DNA of 64,000 nt from an uncultured Verrucomicrobiae bacterium (lineage in GTDB: Bacteria; Verrucomicrobiota; Verrucomicrobiia; Chthoniobacterales; Chthoniobacteraceae), in the NCBI GenBank assembly GCA_963823615.1, contig CAWGMG010000017.1, positions 52,730 through 116,729 on the forward strand, written 5' to 3'. Shown in pieces: positions 57,249 through 64,000 of the stretch. Position numbers and translations under genes: made by a program. A model generated the notes under the pieces. The model was given only the letters and a program-made list of their open reading frames with translations, was not told where the DNA came from and did no database searches. Position 1 is the first letter of the stretch, and every line of letters starts with the position of its first letter.

Positions 57249-58337
57249 ATGCCTCGCAGCTTGCGCATCCAGTACCCCGGCGCGTTTTATCACGTCATGG
57301 CGCGGGGCAATGGACGGGCGGATATCTTTCGCGGCGATGCGGACCGGACGCTTTTTCTCCGCACGCTCGGCGAAGCCTGTGGGCGGACCGGCTGGCGCGT
57401 GCACGCCTGGGTGCTGATGCGCAATCACTACCATGTGGTGCTGGAAACGCCGGAGCCGAATCTGGTCGAGGGGATGCAGTGGCTGCAGAATGCTTACACG
57501 CGGCGCTTCAACACGCGGCACCGCGGCTGGGGCCGGTTATTCGGCGACCGCTACAAGGCGGTGCCCGTGGAGGGGGAAGGGTACTACTACGAGACGCTGC
57601 TGAAATCGCGGGCGCATCACGCGCGCAGTCCGAATACCGTGGAGGGGGAAGGGTACTACTACGAGACGCTGCTGGATTACGTCCACCTGAACCCGGCGCG
57701 CGCGGGGTTGATTCCGATGGCCAGCGGCGGAAGTCTGCGCGACTACCCGTGGAGCAGCGTGGCGGCCGGATACGCGCTGCCGCCGGGGCGCCGGGCGAAA
57801 TGGCTCGCGGTGGAGGACGGCCTGGCGAGCTTTGGCTGCGGCGATACGGCGGCTGGCCGCCGCAGTTTTGTCGCGCGGCTCGATGTGCGCGCTCTGGAGG
57901 AGCCGCGAGCCAAGACGGGCTTGCCGGCGCTCGATCCGGAGCGTGACCGGCGGAGGAGCACGCTGGCGGACGGCTGGTACTGGGGGAGCCAAGCCTTCGC
58001 GGAGCGTCTGCTGGCGCTGGGGGAAGCAGTGATCGGACGTCCCGGGCACCGATCCGCGCGGAGTACGCAGGAGAAGCGCGCGCATGGCGAACTGGTCGCC
58101 CGCGAGCTACTCGAGGAAGGGCTCCGCCGGGCGAAGCTGACCCGTGAAGAGCTCCCCGCTCTTCCTGGGAGCGATCTGCGCAAAGTGGCGCTCGCCAGCG
58201 CGATCTGGGAGCAAACCATTGTGAGCATGGCATGGCTGGCGGAGCATCTGGCGATGCGGAGCGCGGCCAATGCGAGCCAGCAAATTCGCCGCTACCGGCT
58301 GGCCCAGGCCAAGCCGCTGTCAAGAAATGTCGCCTGA
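57249..58337 (+). CDS. IS200/IS605-family Y1 (HUH) transposase, RAYT-like N-domain fused to DnaA-C-terminal-like HTH domain
   Basis: AFYHVMARGNGRADIF..HAWVLMRNHYHVVLETPEPNLVEGMQWLQNAYTRRFN (HuH = HYH; catalytic Tyr in NAYTRRFN); C-terminus SDLRKVALASAIWEQTIVSMAWLAEHLAMRSAANASQQIRRYR resembles DnaA domain IV; internal 36-bp perfect direct repeat 57567-57602 / 57639-57674. Confidence 0.75.
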   Translation: MPRSLRIQYPGAFYHVMARGNGRADIFRGDADRTLFLRTLGEACGRTGWRVHAWVLMRNHYHVVLETPEPNLVEGMQWLQNAYTRRFNTRHRGWGRLFGDRYKAVPVEGEGYYYETLLKSRAHHARSPNTVEGEGYYYETLLDYVHLNPARAGLIPMASGGSLRDYPWSSVAAGYALPPGRRAKWLAVEDGLASFGCGDTAAGRRSFVARLDVRALEEPRAKTGLPALDPERDRRRSTLADGWYWGSQAFAERLLALGEAVIGRPGHRSARSTQEKRAHGELVARELLEEGLRRAKLTREELPALPGSDLRKVALASAIWEQTIVSMAWLAEHLAMRSAANASQQIRRYRLAQAKPLSRNVA

Positions 58338-58481
58338 CCCCTATGTTTAAGTGACCCCTATGTTTAAGTTCCCATCTCGCTATTTAAAACACCCGATGTC
58401 TGGCTCGTCGCCGGCGTCGCTTATGGTATCGCGACAGGTGAGAACGACGCTTTTACGGGCGAGGCATTATCAAAGCCATTT

Positions 58482-58673
58482 TTGCTGCCTTCGATCCCTG
58501 GAATAGCAGCCCCAGCTCAGAATGCGACGCCCCCAGAGACTCCACGATCAAGCCTATCGGCAGTCGGAACACCCGCTTCCATCGTTAAAGACCAAACGCG
58601 TAAGTGGCCGTGGGTGGTTGGAATACTCGGCTTGCTATCGCTCTTCGCGCTGGCTCTGAGACGCCGCGCCTAG
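58482..58673 (+). CDS. small secreted protein with PEP-CTERM-like tail (WPW-TM-RRR)
   Basis: ..KWPWVVGILGLLSLFALALRRRA*; lies in a locally AT-richer stretch. Confidence 0.3.
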   Translation: MLPSIPGIAAPAQNATPPETPRSSLSAVGTPASIVKDQTRKWPWVVGILGLLSLFALALRRRA

Positions 58674-58715
58674 CGTCGGCACGCACCCGGCCGGCCGTTT
58701 CCATATTACTGGGGG

Positions 58716-58797
58716 GCACATGGGGGTCAGCACATGGGGGTCAGCACATGGGGGTCAGCACATGGGGGTCAGCACATGGGTCAGCACATGGGGGTCA
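58716..58797 (+). repeat. tandem 14-bp repeat cacatgggggtcag x~6, an amplification of a unit present once at 57199-57212
   Basis: cacatgggggtcagcacatgggggtcagcacatgggggtcagcacatgggggtcagcacatgggtcagcacatgggggtcag. Confidence 0.85.
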
Positions 58798-58843
58798 GGC
58801 GACATTTCTTGACAGGCCGGGTGGGTTTTCGTGAAATCGTCGC

Positions 58844-58905
58844 ATGCCTCGCAGCTTGCGCATCCAGTACGCCGGCGCGTTTTATCACGTCATGGCGCGG
58901 GGCAC
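58844..58905 (+). pseudogene. truncated duplicate of the transposase 5' end (first ~20 codons plus promoter block)
   Basis: MPRSLRIQYAGAFYHVMARG identical/near-identical to 57249-57308, then diverges into the antisense 3' end of the HK gene. Confidence 0.6.
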
Positions 58906-58949
58906 TGCCTCGACACCTACTCGTAAACTCAGCCGCGGGCGCGCCCGGT

Positions 58950-60065
58950 CTACACGGCCGCGGCTGCGTACGGCGGCAACCGGAACCAGAAACACGCGCC
59001 GCCCGTCGGGCTGGGCCGGTAGCCGATCGTGCCGCCCCAGCGCTCGACGGTGATGCGGCAGAAGTAGAGGCCGAGGCCGGCTTTGCCGCGGATGCCGCCG
59101 GCGCTGGGCGCGAGCTTTTTGAAGAGATGCGGGAGCGCGGACTCGGGGACGCCGCGGCCGGAATCCATGACGGCGGCTTCGATCAGCTCGCCTTCGCGGC
59201 GCAGTTGGATGACGAGCTCGGTGCGCGGCGGGACGTGGCGCAGGGCGTTTTCGAGGAGGTTGGCGAAGATGCGCTCGAGGCGGGTCGTCTCGGCGGCGAC
59301 GAGGCAGGGGGCGCCGAGCGAGGGGTCGACGACGAGCCGCGTGGTGATCTCGTGGCGCCGGCAGGCGATGGTGACCTGGTCGAGCGCGGATTGCGCGACG
59401 GCGCGCAGGTCGGGCGCGGTCTCGGGCGTGAGGGTGAGCGATTCCAGCGCGGCGGCCTCGGCGGAGAAGACCTCGAGGATTTGCTGGATGAGGGTCCGCT
59501 GGCGGCGCGCCGCGTCGCCGGCCATCTCGACCATGCGCGTGATGCCGGGCGAGAGCGCCTGGGTTTGCAGAATGTCGAGCAGCCCGCTCATGCCGGCGAG
59601 CGGGTTCGCGAGGTCGTGAACGATGCAATGGACGAGCACTTCTTTTTTCTCGATCTCGCGGGCGAGCGCCTCGTGCTCGAGCACGGCGTGGCGCGCGGGA
59701 TTGAGGATCAGGAACTGGCGCGTGTGCTCTTCGTCGACGCGGTTGACGAGGAGGAATTGCTCGCCGTCGCGGGCGAGCGCCACGGCGGCGAAGTGCGAGC
59801 TGGAAAGCGCCGTCTCGGTCCAGATGCCGGAGTGGATGGTGCCATCGCGCCCGGCGGTCCAGAAGGCCTCCGCTTCCTCCATGAACTGGCTGAGGAAATG
59901 GGAGCGCTTTCCGACGACGAAGACCTGCGGGACCAGGGTGCTGGTGACGAGCGGCTCGCACCAGAGCGGCACGGGATAGAGCGCCTCGAACAGGCCGGCG
60001 GCGGTGCGGCGAAAGGCCATGCTCTCCAGCGCGGAGAGGAGTTGCTCGAGGGTGGAGGGCGTCAT
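58950..60065 (-). CDS. sensor histidine kinase (cytoplasmic sensory domain - HisKA - HATPase_c)
   Basis: H-box VHCIVHDLANPLAGMSG; N-box RIFANLLENALRH; G-boxes DSGRGVP and GLGLYFCRITVERWGG. Confidence 0.85.
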   Translation of the reverse strand: MTPSTLEQLLSALESMAFRRTAAGLFEALYPVPLWCEPLVTSTLVPQVFVVGKRSHFLSQFMEEAEAFWTAGRDGTIHSGIWTETALSSSHFAAVALARDGEQFLLVNRVDEEHTRQFLILNPARHAVLEHEALAREIEKKEVLVHCIVHDLANPLAGMSGLLDILQTQALSPGITRMVEMAGDAARRQRTLIQQILEVFSAEAAALESLTLTPETAPDLRAVAQSALDQVTIACRRHEITTRLVVDPSLGAPCLVAAETTRLERIFANLLENALRHVPPRTELVIQLRREGELIEAAVMDSGRGVPESALPHLFKKLAPSAGGIRGKAGLGLYFCRITVERWGGTIGYRPSPTGGACFWFRLPPYAAAAV

Positions 60066-60079
60066 TGGGGGTGGTGGCT

Positions 60080-60179
60080 CATCCTCTTCCTCTTCATCAC
60101 CATCTTCATCCCAATCGTTCTGTTTTCATTCATCCGGGTGGGAGCAAGGAGAGATGTGGGCTGGGGATGATGATGAACC
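60080..60179 (-). other. conserved ~100-nt leader-like element, copy 2; abuts the HK start codon; minus-strand micro-ORF ..IGMKMVMKRKRMSHHPQ* whose stop overlaps the HK ATG (ATGA)
   Basis: See copy 1 at 39185-39284; a third partial copy of the purine-rich arm (atgaagatgatgaggatgg) at 60376-60394 on the + strand. Confidence 0.5.
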
Positions 60180-60219
60180 GGAATTATGCAATTGGCGCGC
60201 GCGCGATGCCCGTAACACA

Positions 60220-60338
60220 GGCTTCCAGCCTGTGCGGCTCGCGGGCTTCCAGCCCGTCGAAGGAACTCACCGGTCGCTGAGTCCGGCGGCGGCGGCTTCG
60301 GCAGGCTGGAAGCCCGCCGGACGCACAGGCTGGAAGCC
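60220..60338. promoter_or_regulatory. four copies of 11-bp near-palindrome GGCTTCCAGCC (2 direct at 60220 and 60244; 2 inverted at 60304 and 60328) upstream of the HK gene
   Basis: caggcttccagcctg .. gggcttccagccc .. aggctggaagccc .. aggctggaagccc. Confidence 0.45.
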
Positions 60339-60429
60339 CGGGTTACGATGGCGCCGCGTCCCTCGATTTGCATACATGAAGATGATGAGGATGGCTTCGT
60401 GTTCACGCGCAATGTGATCCGTCGCGGCA

Positions 60430-60945
60430 TCAGGGGCGGGGCCGCACCAGTTGCGCGGCGGGCTTGGCCAGCGTCAGCTCCGCGAGCGCCTGAAAACCGG
60501 TGGGGACTTGCGCGCCGGTCTTCGCGCTGGTCCGGAAAGACGCCAGACCCTCGGGCACGGCAAGCTCCGCCTCGGAGCCTTCCACGAACAGATCGCATTT
60601 ATTGAAGAGGACGATCGACGGGACTTTTCCCATGGTCTCCTCGATCCGCCGGCGCAGCCCGAGCGCGACCTCGAGCGTGCCGTGCCGCGTGATGTCGACG
60701 ACGTAAACCAGGCCGTGGGCGCCGGCGAGGTATGAGAGTTGCACCGAGTGAAAGGCGTCCTCTCCCGCGAGATCCCAAAGGATGAGCGAGACCCCGCCAG
60801 CGCTGGTTTCAACGACGGCGGTGTCGATCTTGACGCCGACCGTGGTGAGGTAGCGATCCGTGAAGACCCCTTTGCAAAAGCGATGCACGAGGCTCGTCTT
60901 GCCGACGGCGAACGCTCCGATCATGCATATTTTTCGCTGTTCCAT
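60430..60945 (-). CDS. Ras-like small GTPase
   Basis: G1 GAFAVGKTS, G3 WDLAGE, G4 NKCDL, G5 SAK. Confidence 0.8.
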   Translation of the reverse strand: MEQRKICMIGAFAVGKTSLVHRFCKGVFTDRYLTTVGVKIDTAVVETSAGGVSLILWDLAGEDAFHSVQLSYLAGAHGLVYVVDITRHGTLEVALGLRRRIEETMGKVPSIVLFNKCDLFVEGSEAELAVPEGLASFRTSAKTGAQVPTGFQALAELTLAKPAAQLVRPRP

Positions 60946-60951
60946 GGGCCG

Positions 60952-62025
60952 TCATAAATCGCCGCGGCGGCGCACAATGTCGCGGTCCAGCGAATGGAAT
61001 TCCGCGAGCCGCAGGTGGAGCTTCTCCTCCGGCAGCGCGAGCTGCCGCGCCAGGTCCACCGGGTCATCGGAGAGCGGGTCGCGCATTCCGTCGACATAGA
61101 AATGCGAGCCGTCGACGCGCGTCTGCATGACGACAATCCCCGGGCGGCTCCGCAGCGCCTGCTCGAGCCGCCCCCAGCGGTGGTGATTCCATAGGGTGAA
61201 CGCGGCCCACCACAGGAGGAGTGCGGCGACCACACCGCCGACGATGTGAAACGGCGTGATGCCGCCCTTCTTTTTCGGCGGCTGCTCCTGCCGCTGCTCC
61301 TGGAGGCAGCCTTTCATCAGCTCGGCGCAGGAGCGGAAGCTCTCGGGCGACGTCTCCTGCTGCGCGAGCGCCTTCAGGTGATCCTGGTGAATCGCGGCGA
61401 CAGTTTCATGGATGACCTCGCGGTACTGCTGCGGCGGATTGCCGCGAATCTCCGCCGCGAGCACCGCTTCCGGACCTGATTCGATCCAGAGCGTGGCGTC
61501 GTCGATCGTTACCGAGCCGATCTCTTTTTCCGTGGTGCGAAAAGCGTCGCGCATGAAGTCCTGGATCGCGGTCAGCATGGCCGAGATCGCCTGGCTGTTC
61601 TCCGCCTTCGCGGGATCGAGCGCGACGTGCTGCAAGAGGAGGCCGCTCTTTTTCTCGATGAGAAAGACCTGCTCGACGCGGTAGACCAGCGTGCGAATGA
61701 GGACGACCTCGGCGAGCGTTTTGCCGGTGCGCTTCGCCTCCAGCCGCCAGCGGATGCTCTGCGGCGAGAGGCTGTGCTCGACGGTCTCGTTGAGCGACTG
61801 GATCATCTTCTCCAGCGCGTGCGCGATGGAGCGGCGCACGATGCCGCCGATGATGGGGAAGAGCGACTCGGTGAGGATGCCGGGGTTCAGCTCGATCGAG
61901 TGCCGGATCGTGCGCTCAGTCACCGGGGTCATCGCCCGCACGAGCTTCTCGTCGACGTACGCCTCGTCCAGGCCGCCCGGCAGCGGACTGGCGGCGGGCT
62001 CGGGAACGGCTCCGGGTTGGGTCAT
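60952..62025 (-). CDS. hypothetical membrane protein (operon partner of the small GTPase)
   Basis: Central TM ITPFHIVGGVVAALLLWWAAFTLW; 6-nt gap to the GTPase gene; no confident domain. Confidence 0.5.
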   Translation of the reverse strand: MTQPGAVPEPAASPLPGGLDEAYVDEKLVRAMTPVTERTIRHSIELNPGILTESLFPIIGGIVRRSIAHALEKMIQSLNETVEHSLSPQSIRWRLEAKRTGKTLAEVVLIRTLVYRVEQVFLIEKKSGLLLQHVALDPAKAENSQAISAMLTAIQDFMRDAFRTTEKEIGSVTIDDATLWIESGPEAVLAAEIRGNPPQQYREVIHETVAAIHQDHLKALAQQETSPESFRSCAELMKGCLQEQRQEQPPKKKGGITPFHIVGGVVAALLLWWAAFTLWNHHRWGRLEQALRSRPGIVVMQTRVDGSHFYVDGMRDPLSDDPVDLARQLALPEEKLHLRLAEFHSLDRDIVRRRGDL

Positions 62026-62041
62026 GAAAAAACCGGCGTGC

Positions 62042-62602
62042 TTAGGCGGACGGCTGCGATGGGCGGCGCAGGCGGCCCGCCATCTCGGTGAAGAGCTCGC
62101 TCAGCGCATCGCGCTCCGCGACCACGCCGGTGAGTTGGCGGAGTCGCTCGTCGAGCCGGGCCGCCAGCGCCTCGCGCTCCTGGCGCGCCGTGTCGTGCGC
62201 GGCCTGATGCTGCGCCGCGTGCTCGCGCAACTGCGTCTCCAATTCACGGGCGCGCGCCTCGGAGCGCTCGTTGGCCTCGGCGAGCTGACGCGTGAGGTTC
62301 TCCACCGTCGCGCGCAGCGCCTGGGTCGCCTGCGCCTCCGCGGCGCGCGCCGTTCGCTCGGCCTCCAGCTGCTCGCCGAGTTGCCGGAGCAGCGCCGAGG
62401 ATTGCTCGGCCAGATTCCGGAAACGGTCTTCGATCTCCTGCCGCAGCCGCTCATGGTCGCCGGCGGCCTGCCGCTCCAGCAGGGCAAACCGATGGTCGTA
62501 TTCGCGCATCTGCCCGCCGAACAGAATGTCGCGGATCTGGTCGACATTCCCCTCGGGTCGAGAGTGGTCTCCAGGACTGGGATTGATCGGAAGCATGTTC
62601 AT
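62042..62602 (-). CDS. coiled-coil protein (first gene of GTPase operon)
   Basis: Likely start MNMLPINPSP..; long Ala/Glu/Arg/Gln-rich heptad region (..LRQLGEQLEAERTARAAEAQATQALRATVENLTRQLAEANERSEARARELETQLREH..). Confidence 0.45.
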   Translation of the reverse strand: MNMLPINPSPGDHSRPEGNVDQIRDILFGGQMREYDHRFALLERQAAGDHERLRQEIEDRFRNLAEQSSALLRQLGEQLEAERTARAAEAQATQALRATVENLTRQLAEANERSEARARELETQLREHAAQHQAAHDTARQEREALAARLDERLRQLTGVVAERDALSELFTEMAGRLRRPSQPSA

Positions 62603-62785
62603 GGTGGAGCGATTTAGCGGAATGCGGCGGAGAAGCTCAAGATATATGGGCGTCCAGCAGCGAATCGCGGCCCGCGGAGTTCGTCGTTCCGCCTCCAGGC
62701 ACCGAAAGGCGGGACGACGAACCTCATTGGGCACTCCATTACTCCGCGCCTTGTCACCGCGTCCCGTCTCCCTCACTCTCCCGCC

Positions 62786-63978
62786 ATGCAAAAAAAGCGC
62801 GTCCTCATCCTCTCCACCAGCGCGGGCGCGGGCCATGTGCGGGCCGGCGCGGCGCTGGAGAAGGCGTTCGCGGCGGATGACCGCGTGGAGAAGGTGGTCC
62901 ACGAGGACGCGCTGAAGTACACGAACAAGCTCTTCCGCGACTTCTACTCGACGCTCTATATCAAGCTCGTGCACAACGCGCCGGGGCTGCTCGGCTACTT
63001 CTACAGGGCGAGCGATGAGCCGTGGAAAAACGAGACGGTCGCGCCAGCAGTTCGACCGGCTGAACACGCGCGCGCTCATCAAGTTCATCCGCGAGTTCGA
63101 TCCGGACATCACCGTCTGCACGCACTTCATGCCGGCGGGGATCATCTCGCACCTCATCGAGACCGAGGATCTGCGCGGCGCAGCTCTCGATCGTCGTCAC
63201 CGATTTCGACTGCCACGCGATGTGGCTTTCGCGCATTTTTCACCGCTACTTCGTGGCGATCGAGGAGACGAAGGTCGCACCTCGAGGCGCTCGGTCTGCC
63301 GGGCGATCGCATCACGGTTTCCGGCATCCCGATCGACCCGGTCTTCGCGGAGCCGGTGGATCGCGCGGCGGTGCGGCAGAGCTTCGGCCTGCAACCGGAT
63401 CTGCCGACGCTGCTGCTCTCCGCGGGCGCGCTCGGCGTCGCGCCGGCGGAGCTCATCGTGCAGCGGCTCGAGGAAGGACTGCACCGGGACGTGCAGACGA
63501 TCGTCGTCTGCGGGCGCGAACGAGGAGCTGCGCGAGCAGGTGCTGAAACAGGTCGAGGGGACATCCGCGCTTCTGCGTGCTCGGCTTCACCGACCGCATG
63601 CCGAGCTCATGAAAATCAGCGATCTTGTTCATCGGCAAACCCGGCGGCCTGACGACTTCCGAAGCGCTGGCCTGCGGGCTGCCGCTGGCCATCATCCAGC
63701 CGATTCCCGGGCAGGAGGAGCGCAACAGCGATCACCTGCTGGAGGAAGGGATCGCGATCAAATGCAACGAGCTGACGACGCTCGCCTACAAGATCGACCG
63801 GCTGCTCGGCGACCCGGCGCGGCTGGCCGCGATGCGGCGCAACGCGCCTCGCCCTGGGCCGCCCGCACGCGGCGCGCACGGTGGTGGAGACGCTGCTCGA
63901 CCGACGATCTCCCCGCGCTCGTCCTGACGACGAGCAGCGCGAGGCGATGACGCAGATCGCCGCGCCGCTGAAGGCATG
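62786..63978 (+). CDS. diacylglycerol glycosyltransferase of the MGDG-synthase/UgtP (GT28) family; at least 4 frameshifts
   Basis: MQKKRVLILSTSAGAGHVRAGAALEKAF; ..FDPDITVCTHFMPAG..; ..VSGIPIDPVFAEP..; ..VVCGRNEELREQ..; ..KPGGLTTSEALACGLPLAIIQPIPGQEERNSDHLLEEGIAI. Confidence 0.7.
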
Positions 63979-64000
63979 AGCGCGCGAGCCGTTCCTCTGG

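Overview
High-GC (~65-70%) bacterial chromosomal segment, most consistent with the PVC superphylum (Verrucomicrobiota/Planctomycetota-like). Basis for the lineage call: a DUF1549/DUF1553 + DUF1501 (TAT signal) + WD40 gene trio, prepilin-type N-terminal methylation-domain proteins, an H-X9-DG-like protein, prenyltransferase/squalene-oxidase repeat proteins, and PEP-CTERM-like tails. About 50 genes. Housekeeping genes: hisS, trmD, ispD, ftsK, a class A PBP, an M16 peptidase, flotillin, and a UgtP/MGDG-synthase-like glycosyltransferase. Signalling genes: a REC-PAS-HK hybrid, two further response regulator/HK genes, an ECF sigma/anti-sigma/HtrA-like module, and a Ras-like GTPase operon. Also present: a partial dlt-like module (DltD-DltC-DltX) and a giant TPR protein with a C39-like peptidase domain. 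Most striking features: (1) A previously undescribed family of ~103-121 bp tandem repeats (core ctctgagaccgattcccgtaattcccgaaatgc...ccttcccgaaac) in two large arrays (19957-20590; 50181-53210, inverted) plus shared end modules at 8247-8585, 19564-19605 and 50155-50189. (2) A complete group II intron (50415-52498, minus strand) with an intact RT/maturase ORF, recognisable domain V/VI and GUGCG 5' end, inserted precisely inside one repeat unit. (3) Next to it, a TIR-NB-ARC-TPR STAND NTPase (candidate NLR-like defence gene), an IS200/IS605-type Y1 transposase fused to a DnaA-C-like HTH, and a duplicated promoter/5' fragment of that transposase with an expanded 14-bp tandem repeat. (4) A ~3 kb low-GC island (3750-6760) of secreted hypothetical proteins. 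(5) Several conserved non-coding elements (Met-rich leader-like element in two copies, palindromic hairpins, short tandem 8/9/11-mers). Technical caveat: at least 14 genes, including essential hisS and ftsK, show frame shifts between adjacent ORF fragments. The pattern indicates indel sequencing/assembly errors rather than genuine pseudogenes, so exact CDS boundaries are approximate.
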